64,000 nt of DNA. It comes from Heterodontus francisci. Its lineage: Eukaryota. Both the position numbers and the translations under genes were made by a program. The DNA lies in assembly GCF_036365525.1 (NCBI RefSeq), contig NW_027142032.1, positions 434,001 to 498,000 on the forward strand. The letters run 5' to 3'. Shown here in pieces: positions 25,550 to 37,821 of the stretch (the first letter of the stretch is position 1; the number at the start of each line of letters is the position of its first letter). The notes below the pieces were generated by a model. The model searched no databases. It was not told the origin of the DNA and saw nothing but the letters and a program-made list of their open reading frames with translations.

Positions 25550-26860
25550 CCAAACAGGAGGAGAGCTTTCAGGCCATCGAGCCTGCCCGCCGTGGTTAAC
25601 CTGTGATCGACCTCCGTATACTCACCTTTTCCCCATATCTCTTAGCATCTTTAGTTAACTAAAATCTATCAATTTCAGATTAGTATTAATAATTTATTGA
25701 GCATCGATTTCCAATTGCAGAAGAGATTTCCAAACTTGAACTACTTTTGCCTGTTAATATCGGCTAATTTCACACCTGAAAGCTCTAATCTTTGACTATG
25801 CCTCCTAGTCTTAGACTCAACAACCAGCGGAGGTAAATATGTTCAATCTACCCAATCTGTTACCATTCATATCTTAAAAACTTCGATCAAATCAACTGTT
25901 AACCTTCTAATTTCCAGGGAATGCAGTCATAGTTAGCCTGATCTTTCCTTGTAATTTGACCCTTGTAGTCCAGGTATCACTCTGGTAAACCTACACTTCA
26001 CTCAATGCCAATATATCCTTTCTAAGGTGTGGTGCCCAGAACTGTTCACACTAACTCCAGGTGTGGTCTAACCAGGGCTTTGCACAGCAGAAGCATGACA
26101 TCTACTCATTTGTATTTTAGTGTTCGAAATGTAAAGGTCACTGCCCTGCATCTAGTCAAAGGAGCAAGGGAACAGGAAGAGGCCATTTAACACCTGGAAT
26201 TTGTTTTGTCATTGAATCAGATTATGGCTGTTCTTCCTCGAACACAACATTTCCACTTTTTCCCCAAATCCGTCAATATATTTAATTAATCTCAGATTTG
26301 AAATTTAGAATTAACCTTGCATCAATTTCTAATACCCTGCACATGCAAAAGTGTTTCTCAGCTTCACTCCTGAAAGACCTGATTCCAAATGTTGACTATA
26401 TTCCAGAGTCCTTACCCTCAATTATGTGGAGCAAGGGGAGAAGCTGGGGTTAATCTCCTTAACACAGAGAAAACTAAGAGGAGATTTGATAGAGGTGGTC
26501 AAACTGCTTGAAGTTGTTGATGGAGTTGATAATGAAAACAGTTCCCAATGGCAGAAGTGCCGGTAATCAGAGGCCACCGATTTAACTTGACTGGTAAAAG
26601 AACCAGAGACAACATAACGAAATATTTTTTACACATCGTTATGTTGTGATCTGGAATGAGCTTCCTAAAATCAAGGTGGAAGCAGATTCAATAGTAATTT
26701 TTAACACATAATCCGATAAGTCCGTGAATAGTTACAACACAGCTATGGGAAAAGAGCAGGGGAATGAGATTGATTACATAGCTCTATCAAAGAGACACTA
26801 CTAGCATGATGGGCCGAACAGCTTTCATTCTGTGGTATATAATTTTATGATCCTATGAAA
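25550..26860. mobile_element. Several old CR1 3' fragments in both orientations
   Basis: ggtgtggtgcccagaactg (minus) at ~26030; gaggagatttgatagaggtg...gatgggccgaa (plus) at 26480-26820. Confidence 0.65.
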
Positions 26861-27299
26861 AGTAATGTTGTTTGTTTAATCACTTCATCTCTTTTTTGTG
26901 TTTTGTTTGTGATTCGGAAGAGCACTTCTCAAGTGCTAACATCCCTCTCTAAAATCCTGATAAGAAGGAACTAATATCCTGTACTGTTAAATAATTCAGT
27001 TTGTCTTTATCACATTTAATTTCTGTGGCTGTGTCTAATTGTGTTGTGACATTGATAGCGGTGATGCAGGCTGGCATCTCAGCAGCTGCCATTGGGAAGG
27101 CATTGTAAGAAATGTGATTATTTGTGGACATTTCATCCATTTCCTTTCTCTCTTGAGGGTTACAGCACTGCGCACAACACCCCAGGTGGTACCAGATCGA
27201 TACTCTATTGAATATTATCATTAATATTAGATTTCTCTCAGTTAGACACACAATTCCTGAAATATGTAAATATGCAAATTCAATTAATTAAAATAAATC

Positions 27300-27545
27300 G
27301 AGAATTAGAAGTTAGTATCAGTAATAATGTCATAAAACTGTCCATGGATCGTTCTAACCACCTATCTCGTTCTCTAATGTCCTCTAGGGAAGGAAATCTA
27401 CCGTCCTTACCTGGCCTGGCCTCCATATGACTTCAATGTGGTTTCCCATTAACTGAACTCTGAAATGGCCTAGCAAGCCACTAAATTTAAGGGCATTTCG
27501 GGAAGTGCAACAAATGCTTGTAATGCCAGTGGCGCCTGTAAGAAT
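27300..27545 (+). mobile_element. SINE (second family; tail shared with the L2-like LINE), degenerate
   Basis: Core gggaaggaaatctaccgtccttacctggcctggcc...ctctgaaatggcc and tail aagggcatttcgggaagtgcaacaaatgc. Confidence 0.75.
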
Positions 27546-28168
27546 GCTAAGAAAATATTTCATTTCTCTCGAACACCTCAATTACATCATGCATGAATCT
27601 TCTGGATGTTCCCTAATCTAGCGCTTGAATCCTTCGAGTGAATTTGTGCTGCACCTGCTCAATGGACAACATATCATTCCCGAGGTGTTGTGCCCAGCAT
27701 TGAATGTGGTCTAAACACAGCGACATTAAACTCGAGCACAACTTCAACCCTTTGTTTACCAGCCCCCTTGAATTTCAATATAATATTGCATTCGCTGTTT
27801 CCATTTATGGTGGATATTTACACTGTATTTTTAAATTGTTTCTTAGTGCAGGGCGATAAATGCCTTTGCTCTTATAATCTTCCAAGATTCTTTATTTCCT
27901 AAATTGCAGCATTGACTGCAGTTCACATCTACTTCATTGGCAGTGATGTGGTTTTGTCTCGTCTGATTTACTGAAAGGCGCTGGAGAAATGTAAATTTAC
28001 TTTCCCTTTTTTAATCAACTTCCAAAATCACTTATTGTGGAATCTGTGTGCCCAATGCAAACACTTCCTTTCAACATAGGGCAATCAGTATTGAGTTATC
28101 AACCTGCTACCGCAAATTAAATTCTGATAGTCCATTTCTAACTGTGCTGTCCATTTATTTTTGCACAG

Positions 28169-28462
28169 ATTGGCGAACACCACCAGTGACATTTCTTGAT
28201 CAACCAACTGGGGTGTATGCTGTTGCAGAGATGGTCGTCATTACCTGCACTGCGACCGGAGATAATCGGGATAAAACCATTTACTTTTACAGAGATGATC
28301 AACGGCTGTACACCGATCAAATCATCACAAAGGGCAACATTGGAACATTTCAGGTTGCTCGTGTAAACCAAGGAGGACGGTACCAATGTATATAGGTAAA
28401 ATACATCTAAGAGATGCTGTTAGGTTCCCAACTCAGAGAGGCTGTGACAGTGACTGTAGCAG
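28169..28462 (+). pseudogene. Ig-superfamily receptor pseudogene, Ig exon A
   Basis: Acceptor ttgcacag, then phase-1 DWRTPPVTFLDQPTGVYAVAEMVVITCTATG...TIYFYRD...GGRYQCI*VKYI*EMLLGSQLREAVTVTVA. Two Ig cysteines are present, with two in-frame stops and a lost donor. Confidence 0.8.
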
Positions 28463-28587
28463 CTTAGCAACAGAAAACATAATTTCTTAATATCTTCATG
28501 AAACACGCTTGCCATTTTCACAGATCCATATTTTATTCGCTGTAACAAAATTAAATGCTTAATATTAAGAGAGAGGAGTGTAACCCA

Positions 28588-29045
28588 ATGAGGTGACAGG
28601 AGGTCCTCAGTGGCTAACATTCTCACTCGGAGTCAGCAGGATGGAGGTTGAAGTCCCACTCCAGGACTGGAATAGACAAATCTATGCTCACACATCAGTG
28701 CAGTAGTGAAGGAGTGTGGCACTTTTGGAGGGGCAGTACTGAGGCAGCACTAGACTTTCAGAGGAGATGGTAAACCGAGGATCTATTTGGCCTCGCAGGT
28801 GGAAATCAAAGTTCCCACGGCCACTCTTTGGAGAAAGAGCAGGGGAATTTTTCTGCAGGGTCCGCGTGTCAATATTTATCCATCAATCAACATCACAGAA
28901 ACAGATAATCTGGTCATAATCACATTGCTGCTTGTGGGATCTTGCTGTGCACATTAGAACAGCGCCTGCATTACAAAAAAGTACTTTATTGAATGTAAAG
29001 TGCTTTGAAATGTGGTCAGAAAAGGTGCTATATGAATGCTGCAGT
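28588..29045 (+). mobile_element. Deu-domain SINE (SacSINE1/AmnSINE-like), old
   Basis: Deu core gatggtaaaccgagg...gagcagggga...aatatttatccatcaatcaacatcac...ctggtcataatcacattgctg..tgtgggatcttgctgtgc, with an L2-like tail. Confidence 0.8.
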
Positions 29046-29621
29046 CAACACTTGACTGCATCGCTGTAACAGTCGGACCCCCAATTCACCCACTCTGCAT
29101 CTACTGCCAGCAGCAGTATTACTTAGATATCGTGATTGAACAAAAAGTCTCTGGCAATGGAAGTGAATTAGACGCCTGCTCTTCCAACTGTTGTTCAATT
29201 GGAGGCAAAATAAATGAAAATCTGGCTGTGTGCAATATCAGCTAGTGATGAGATATTGGCGGATTTAGGCTGCTGCCAAAGAGGAGTATGTAGCCCATTG
29301 TCTCCGAATTTGGGGACGTAAACCCCGCCCAACCAATGAACTCACACCTCATGGTGACATTGGCGGTCAATTTTAATCAAATCCACTTAGTGTAAAGAAA
29401 GGGATTTGGGTCCGCCACACGATATAAACCCTGCCAGATTTTAACCTCCATTTACGTTAATGCAGCATAAAATGCGGATTGGCTGATCACTTCGCAACCT
29501 GCTGGAATTTACTTTAACATGACTTCAAGGTCAGTAAATTCAGCTGCAGTGAAAAGCAGGCGGTGATCACGTTCCCAGTCAGCGAGTTTTTGTGCTAACA
29601 TGAATGTGTTGCCTTGCTCTT

Positions 29622-29676
29622 ATTACCTCCAAAAACCATCAATATCCCTGGACCTTCCAGATAGAGTATTTGTGAA
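29622..29676 (+). pseudogene. Ig exon B, 5' half (cut by a transposon)
   Basis: YLQKPSISLDLPDRVFV is an Ig A-strand motif paralogous to the start of exon A. It ends at ATTTGTGAA where the transposon begins and continues in frame into 63368-63110 (-). Confidence 0.75.
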
Positions 29677-30707
29677 CAAAGTGATTCCTGACAACGCTGG
29701 CCAGCGCCGACGTCATCAGGCTGTGCCACGGTGCGCAGATGCGCAGACGGACTCCTGCACTCTGCGCATCCGCTGTGTTCCGGCTTGTCAGGACCCGTTT
29801 GCGCATGCGCTGGTGGCGTCATCGCGTTACGTTGTCTTCCTCGGACAACGGGCCAGGTTGGACTCTGCGCATGCGCTTCATGCAACGCCACCGGATATTC
29901 ACGCATGCGTCAATCTTCCGATATTCATGCATACGGAGCTGGAGGGAAAGGCTGAATGGAGAGGGCCGAATGGGAGAGGCCGTAGAGAGCCGCGGGGAGC
30001 GAGCGGCCGAAGACCTTGGTGTCGCCGGGTGCAGGGACTGGCCGCTAAGTCTTTTGCTGTTGTGTTTATGGCGCATGCACAGAAACGGGCATTCCTCTTC
30101 CGCTCCGCTGCTCCCCCCCACTCTCTCCCCTCCCCCCCGCTCCCTCCCTCTCTCTCCCTCCCTCTCTCTCCCTCCCTCTCTCAGCTCTTCCCCCTCCCTC
30201 CCTCAGCTCACCCCCTCAGCTCTCCCCCTCCCTCCCCAGCTCTCCCCCTCCCTCCCTTAGCTCTCCCCCTCCATCCCTCTCTCTCTCCCTCCCTCAGCTC
30301 TCCCCCTCCCTCCCTCAGCTCTCCCCCTCAGCTCTCCCCCTTCCCTCCCACAGCTCTCCCCTTCCCTCCCTCAGCTCTCCCCCTCAATCCCTCAGCTCTC
30401 CCCCACTTCCCTCCCTCCCTCAGCTCTGTCCCACCCATCCCCAACCCTCGTCGCCGCCACTGCTATCCCCGCGCTGGTCTCCCCGCCCCCCGCGCTGCTC
30501 ACCCCGGCCCGCTCCACTATCTCACTCCGGCCATTGTTTGCTGCCACGTATTTGTTAGGTTGCCTCTGTGTGGTTCTTCGACCAGCGGCATCTTGAGTCC
30601 TGGCAGCTGCTACAGTCGCAAGCTGTGACGTTTTAGTGGCACATGCTGTATTTGCGCATGTGCCAAAACAGCGCTACCTACCGATAGCGTTGTCAACAAA
30701 TGCAGTC
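29677..30707 (+). mobile_element. Non-autonomous DNA transposon with subterminal inverted repeats (Zisupton- or MULE-like), copy 1
   Basis: TGACAACGCT (29689) and AGCGTTGTCA (30686) each lie about 12 nt inside the ends. CpG-rich, with repeated GCGCATGCGC-like palindromes and an internal C-rich minisatellite. A second inverted copy starts at 63369, and an 8-9 bp TSD is recoverable from the split exon. Confidence 0.8.
30110..30430 (+). repeat. C-rich minisatellite (ccctcagctctccccct)n inside the transposon
   Basis: Direct inspection; the complementary G-rich array is at 63650-63980. Confidence 0.9.
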
Positions 30708-32520
30708 CATTGAAATTGGCCTTCCCCCAATTCAGTACCTTTATTTCCGGCCCGTCTTTGTCCTTTTCCATAACTAACTTAAATCTTACTGAATTTTGGT
30801 CACTGTCACCTAAATGCACCCCACCGACACTTCTGCCATTTGTCCAGCTTCGTATCCGAGGATTAGGTCCACGACTGCCCCTTCTCTTGTAGGACTTTCT
30901 ACGTACTGGCTCAAAAAGCTCTCCTGGATGCATTTTAACAACTCTGCCCCCTTTAAGCCTTTTACACTAAAACTATACCATTAAATATTCAGAAAGTTGA
31001 AATCCCCTGCTATTATTACCATATTATTATTGCACATCTCTGAAATTTGCCTCCATATCTGCTCCTCTATCTCACCCTGAATGTTTGGAGGCCTGTAGTG
31101 CACCCGCAGCCAACTGATTGCCCCCTTTTTGTTTTTAACTTCTACCTATACGGCCTCATTTGAGGAACCTTCAATGATATCGTCCCTCCTTACTGCAGTA
31201 ATTGACTCCTTGATCAGCAGTGCAACACCACCTCCTCTTTTATCCCCTCACCTTTCACGCCTAAAGTTTCGATATCCTGGAATATTAAGCTGCCAATCCT
31301 GCCCCTTTCTCAACCCTGTCTCTGTGATAGCATCAATATCATAATGCCATGTGCAAATCAACGCGCTCTATTCATCTGCCTTGCTAGCAAAACTCCTTGC
31401 ATTGAAATAGATGTAATCCAGCCTTACACTTTTCCCTTGTGCCTTAACAGGTCGATATTTGTTCTGCCTTCCAGCCTGACTCGGTTCTCTTCTGTATATG
31501 ACGGTGCATCACCCCCTACTGTACCTCCAGTCTGTATCCCATTCACCTGCCAAATGAGTTTAACCGCTCCCACCCCCAACCCCCCACCCACCACTTCCGT
31601 CACAGCACTAGCAAACCTCCACGCAAAAATGTTGGTCCCGTTCTGGTTCAGGTGCGACCCGTCCATCTTTTTCTTGACCACCTTTGCCAGAAACAGATTC
31701 AGTGATCCAGGAAACTAAAGCTCTCCCTCCTGCACCATCTCTTCAGCCACGTATACGTCTGCTCTATCCTCCTATTCTAATACTCCCTAGCACCTGGCTC
31801 CGGGGGTAATTCAGCGATTGCAACCTTTGAGGTCCTGCTTTTGAATCTGCTACCTAGCTCCCTAAATTCTTGCTGCAGGGCCTCATGCCACTTTCTACCT
31901 ATGTCATTGATAGCAATGTGAACCTCTGACTGTTCACCCTCCTCCTTTAGAATGTCCTGCAGCCTCTCCATGACATCCTTGACCCTAGCATCAGGGAGGC
32001 AACATATCATCCTGGAATGAAGTTTGCGGCCACACAAACTCCTATCTGTACCCCTTGAGATAGAACCCCCATCACTGCAGCACTTCCACTCTTTTTTTCT
32101 TCCCTGCTGTGCAGAAGAGCCATCCGTGGTGCCACGATCTTGGTTATTGCTGCTTTCCCCTGGGAGGTCACGCCCCCCAAACAGTATCCAAAGCGGTAGC
32201 GGTTTGAGAGGGGGATGGCCACAGGGGACTCCTGCACTACCTGCCTGCGTCAACTACTCTTCCTGGTAGTCACCCATCCATTTTCTGCCTGTGCAGCCTT
32301 TAGCTGCGGTGTGACCACCTCACTAAACGTGCTATCCACGACGTCCTCAATATCGCAGATGCTCCACGGTGAATCCACCTGCAACTCCAGCTCAGTAATG
32401 CGGGTAGCAAGTAGCTGCAGCTGGATCTACTTCCTACACACATCGTCGTCAGGGACACTGGAAGCTTTTCCCACATAGTGCAAAAGGGAAATATTACGAG
32501 GCTGAGCTGTCCTGCCATGA
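30708..32520 (-). mobile_element. CR1 LINE 5' half (ORF1 zinc-finger/esterase plus ORF2 endonuclease), truncated at the transposon end
   Basis: ORF1 MAGQLSLV..CTMWE and the esterase-like RGTDRSLCGRK..RMICCLPDARVKDV..NDIGRK. ORF2 HLGDSDQNSVRFKLVMEKDK..LNWGKANFNG stops exactly at 30708. Confidence 0.9.
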
Positions 32521-32827
32521 CTTACCCTTAGATTAATTAGTTACTCCCTTAATTAAAAAGATACTAATTACACAAAGGGCCTTGTTGTATTCCAAACGTT
32601 ACCCACTACAATCTAAATTACACTAATTAAAAAACAAAACAAACAAGGGTATTACTCACTTGAAGTCTTTTTTCAAACAAAAAAAAAACACTTTCTCTTA
32701 CTTTTTTTAGCTCTTATAATTGACTAGCAGCTGTTACTTACCCAACCAATCACATTGCAGATTTCCAGGGATGTTACTGTAAGTCTTTTTTCCCCTCTTC
32801 TTTGGAGTCTCAGAGCGTGCCCAGAGA

Positions 32828-33450
32828 CACATATAAATAGCGGGGCTACAAGAGCAGGTCAGAGGCTGGGAATACTGCGATGAGTAACTCACCTCCTGAA
32901 TCCCCAAAGCCTCTCCACAATCTACAAGGCACAAGTCAGAAGTGTGACGAAATGCTCTCCACTTGCCTGGGTGGGTGCAGCTCCAACAACACGCAAGAGG
33001 CTCGACACCATCCAGGACAAAGCAGCCCGTTTGATTGGCACCCCATCGCCACCTTCAAAATGCACCCCCTCCACCACGAATACACAATGGCAGCAGTATG
33101 TTCCTTTTACAAGATGCACTGTAGCAATCACCGAGGATCCTTCAACAGCACCGCCCAAGCCTGCGACCTCTACCACCTAGAAGGGCTAGGACCGCAGATG
33201 TATGGAAACACCACCACCTGAAAGTTTCCCTCCAAGGCACACACCATTCTGATATGGAGCTATATCGGGCATTGCTTCACTGTCACTGGGTCAAAATGCA
33301 AGAACTCCCTTCCTGACAGCACTCTGGGTGTACCTACCCCACACAGACTGCTGCGGTTCAAGAAGGCAGCTCACCACCATCTTCTCAAGGGCAATTAGGG
33401 ATGGGCAAAAAATACTGGCCTCGTCAGCGACGCCCACATCCCATGAAATA
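32828..33450 (+). mobile_element. L2/CR1-clade LINE (second family) 3' fragment
   Basis: SPLAWVGAAPTTRKRLDTIQDKAARLIG and the family 3' tail. Confidence 0.9.
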
Positions 33451-34059
33451 ATAGGGAAAGTAAAGCAATAGGCCATTCGCTCCAACTAGTCAGTACCATT
33501 GTTTGCACTCCACACCAGTCTCTTCCCACACTTTACACCTCATGTCTGCTTTTTACCCAGTCCTTCCACTCCATTGTCTCTCAGGCAATCACCCAAGATC
33601 AACTGGAATGAAGCTAAACAACTTCCTTCAACCACTTTCTGTGGTTGTGTGTTCCTCCTAGAAAAAAGGAGGAATATGTTTCCAATGACATGTCCGTTTT
33701 AACCACATTTAGAAACTGTAACTCACTGACAAAAGAACTAGAAGTGAAATGTGGAGAATAGTTTGACTCAGAGTGATGTTATGATCTGGAACTGAAAAGC
33801 CGGTGGAATCACATTCCATAGGAAGTTTCAAAAGGTGATTGAAAATGTGCTGGAAAAGTATGCAGGGATATGGGCAAATAAAAAGGATGTTGGACTAAAT
33901 TTGACAACTCTTAGACAGAGCAGAGGCTGTGAGATTCAATGATTCTAATAAAATGAGTACTTCGAGACGTCCATTTCTACATAGTATCAATAATCCATGG
34001 CGAATACCAAGACATGCTCTTGGTATGACACAAAACTGAGCTTCAGGTTGTTCAACTAC

Positions 34060-34630
34060 ATGGAGCATCCCATTTATGGCTAAATGACACTGTCCCTGGA
34101 ACAGAAAGGAAAGGTGCTGGCTGAAGTGTGTGTAAAAACGCTATGAATATTTACAGGTCCCCACACGCGGCCACACAATGGGAATCGGAGCTCAATTCGG
34201 GAATAGATGGAAGCCTTAATGGTGGGAATTGTGACTGTAAAATATGGAGATTCAGTGAACACATTAGACAGCAACAACACTGTGTTTGTTGAAGGGCATT
34301 CGTCTCGGCCCACTCTGCAGATCTATATCTCAGAGATGTGCTCACATCTATCAGACTGAATGAGGAAGTGGAGTTAATATAGATTCCTAGATGTGGACAC
34401 TAACTGAATTAATTACCAGAAACGTTTACTTGTACAGACAGTACAACCACACGCTCACAAATATCATAAAGAGCCTTAAGTCGAATATAAATTGGAAAAG
34501 AGACTGCAAATTAAGCTAACAGTCTGAAAATCGCCAGTATTAAAGAGTGCAGTAATAGCAAGAAGGCATCATAGTGGAGGCAGCGGTTTCAACTGGAAGG
34601 CGCTTCAGTTTCAAGAAACAGGAAATGAGT
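34060..34630 (-). promoter_or_regulatory. Promoter plus leader module, copy 2, with candidate 36-nt mini-exon (34060-34095)
   Basis: The minus strand aligns with 21235-21700 (aactgaagcgccttccagttgaaaccgc; ccacttcctcattcagtc). ATG at 34299 gives MPFNKHSVVAV*. Downstream is acceptor tttcctttctgttccag, 36 nt, then gtagtt. Confidence 0.5.
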
Positions 34631-34869
34631 CACTGACAGTGACGCAGTGACTCAGAACCAACGGAGTCTGAAAATATATTCATTAGAATATCCACAGCCT
34701 TTGTAGCTAAATCTCTCCCCCTAATTTCTGTCTCCAAATCTCTTGAAAATGGTAATTCCCCAATGCCACCGCCCCCCCCACCCCCCTCCCACCACAGCCA
34801 CCATGAAGAAAAGCCCACCCCTCTATCTGATCATCTTTGAGTGCTGGTATTGTGTGAGTTAGATGTTTC

Positions 34870-37566
34870 AGTAAGAACAGAGAAGATGGTAAAAGGGGGG
34901 GGGGGGCGTTGTGGCTTTGTTAATCAAGGAGGGTATTGCAGCGGCAGAAAGGACGTTTGAGGACTCGTCTACTGAGGTAGTGTGGGCCGAGGTTAGAAAC
35001 AAGAGAGGGGAGGTCACCCTGTTGGGAGTTTTCTATAGACCTCCGAATAGTTCCAGAGATGTAGAGGAAAGGATAGCGAAGATGATTCTCGACAGGAACG
35101 AGAGTAACAGGCTACTTGTTATGGGGGACTTTAACTTTCCAAATATTGACTGGAAATACTATAGTTCGAGTACTTTAGATGGGTCAGTTTTTGTCCAGTG
35201 TGTGCAGGAGGGTTTTCTGACACAGTATGTAGACAGGCCAACCAGGGGCGATGCCACATTGGATTTGGTACTGGGTAATGAACCCGGCCAGGTGTCAGAT
35301 TTAGATGCAGGTGAGCACTTTGGTGATAGTGATCACAATTCGGTTAGGTTTACCTTAGCGATGGGTAGGGACAAGTATATACCGCAGGGCATGAATTATA
35401 GCTGGGGGAAAGGAAATTGTGATGCGATTAGGCAAGATTTAGGATGCGTTGGATGGGGAATGAAACTGCAGGGAATGGGCACAATCGAAATGTGGAGCTT
35501 ATTCAAGGAGCAGCTACTGCGTGTCCTTGACAAGTGTGTACCTGTCAGGCAGGGAGGAAGTTGTTGAGCGAAGGGAGCCGTGGTTTACCAAATAAGTTGA
35601 AGCGCATGTCAAGAGGAAGAAGAAGGCTTATGTTAGGATGAGACGTGAAGGCTCAGTTAGGGCGCTTGAGAGTTACAAGCAAGCCAGGAAATATCTAAAG
35701 GGAGAGCGAAGAAGAGCGAGGAGAGGACACGAGAAGTCATTGGCGGATAGGATCAAGGAAAACCCTAAGGCTTTCTATAGGTATATAAGGAATAAAAGAA
35801 TGACTCGAGTGAGATTAGGGCCAATCAAGGATAGTAGTGGGAAGTTGTGTGTGGAATCAGAGGAGATAGGGGAAGCGTTAAATGAATATTTCTCGTCAGT
35901 ATTTACAGTAGAGAAAGAAAATATTGTCGAGGAGAATACTGAGATACAGACTACTAGGCTAGATGGTATTGAGGTTCACAAGGAGGAGGTGTTAGCAATT
36001 TTGGAAAGTGCGAAAATAGATAAGTCCCCTGGGCCAAATGGGATTTATCCTAGGATTCTCTGGGAAGCCAGGGAGGAGATTGCAAAGCCTTTGTCCTTGA
36101 TCTTTATGTCGTCATTGTCGACAGGAATAGTGCTGGAAGACTGGAGTATAGCAAATGTTGTCCCCTTGTTCAAGAAGGGGAGTAGAGACAGCCCTGGTAA
36201 TTATAGACCTGTGAGCCTCACTTTGGTTGTGGGTAAAATGTTGGAAAAGGTTATAAGAGATAGGATTTATAATCATCTTGAAAAGAATAAGTTCATTAGC
36301 GATAGTCAGCACGGTTTTGTGAAGGGTAGGTCGTGCCTCACAAACCTTATTGAGTTTTTCGAGAAGGTGACCATACAGGTGGATGAGGGTAAAGCCGTGG
36401 ATGTGGTGTATATGGTTTTCAGTAAGGCGTTTGGTAAGGTTCCCCACGGTAGGCTATTGCAGAAAATATGGAAGTATGGGATTGAAGGTGATTTAGAGCT
36501 TTGGATCAGAAATTGGTGAGCTGAAAGACAGAGGGTGGTGGTTGATGGCAAATGTTCATCCTGGAGTTTAGTTACAAGTGGTGTACCGCAAGGATCTGTT
36601 TTGGGGCCACTGCTGTTTGTCATTTTTATAAATGACCTGGATGAGGGTGTAGAAGGGTGGGTTACTAAACTTACGGATGACACGAAGGTCGGTGGAGTTG
36701 TGGATAGTGCAGAAGGATGTTGTAGGTGAGAGAGGGACATAGATAGGCTGCAGAGCTGGGCTGAGAGATGGCAAATGGAGTTTAATGCGGAAAAGTGTGA
36801 GGTGATTCAGTTTGGAAGGAGTAACAGGAATGCAGAGTACTGGGCTAATGGGAAGATTCTTGGTGGTGTAGATGAGCAGAGAGATCTAGGTGTCCAGGTA
36901 CATAAATCCCTGAAAGTTGCCACAAAGGTTAATAGGGGTGTTAAGAAGGCATATGGTGTGTTAGCTTTTATTAGTAGGGGGATCGAGTTTCGGAGCCACG
37001 AGGTCATGCTGCCGCTGCACAAAACTCTGGTGAGGCCGCACCTGGAGTATTACGTGTAGTTCTGGTCACCAAATTATAGGAAGGATGGGGAAGCTTTGGA
37101 AAGGGTGCAGAGGAGATTTAATAGGATGTTGCGTGGTATGGAGGGAAGGTCTTACGAGGAAAGGCTGAGGGACTTGAGGTTGTTTTCGTTAGAGGGAAGG
37201 AGGAGGAGAGGTGACTTAATAGAGACATATAAGATAATCAGAGGGTTAGATAGGGTGGATAGTGAGAGTCTATTTCCCCGGATGGTGATGACAAACACGG
37301 GGGGACATAGCTTTAGGTTGAGGGGTGATAGATATCGGGCAGATGTTAGAGGTAGTTTCTTTACTCAGAGAGTAAAAGGGGCGTGGAACGCCCTGCCTGC
37401 AACAGTAGTGGACTCGCCAACTTTAAGGGCATATAAGTGGTCATTGGATAGACATAAGGATGAAAATGGAATATTGTAGGTCAGATGGTTTCACAGGTCG
37501 GCCCAACGTCGAGGGCCGAAGGGCCTGTACTGCGCTGTAATGCTCTATGTTCTATGTTCTATGTTA
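34870..37566 (+). mobile_element. CR1 LINE, 5'-truncated, relatively young ORF2 (endonuclease + RT)
   Basis: Long ORF pieces: [57 protein letters not shown] and TDDTK. Ends in a (ctatgtt)n tail. Confidence 0.95.
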
Positions 37567-37821
37567 CTTGACCTGACGTCAGCAGGTGCTAACTGGAACG
37601 TCAGCAATCCAACAGGCTCACATGTCCTCCTGATAAAATGCACCATCCTCCAAATCATGTACATTGGCAAAATTGAACAGTGGGTTATAAAGCTGACATA
37701 TCAGCATTTACTTCAACTTATCCAACAAGGAATTCAGGAGACAATTCTTCAAAGAGTGGTCAGAAAGTGGAACATAATAGAACATGTGACATGAAGGCAG
37801 ATTAGAAATACAATAAAAATT

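Noticed and set aside
27140-27195. Possible mini-exon upstream of Ig exon A (ttcctttctctcttgag...ccccag|gtggta)
   Set aside because: The length is not a multiple of three, the splice signals are weak, and there is no clear homology to the other candidate mini-exons.
29677-29705. CAAAGTG at the transposon end resembling an RSS heptamer (RAG/Transib-like)
   Set aside because: There is no nonamer at 12 or 23 nt spacing, the other end lacks a heptamer, and the TSD is 8-9 bp rather than 5. No RSS was found next to the Ig exons, which are not V-type.
29600-30628. 342-aa proline-rich ORF
   Set aside because: It is read-through from the half Ig exon into a GC-rich transposon and its C-rich minisatellite; low-complexity and stop-poor by composition.
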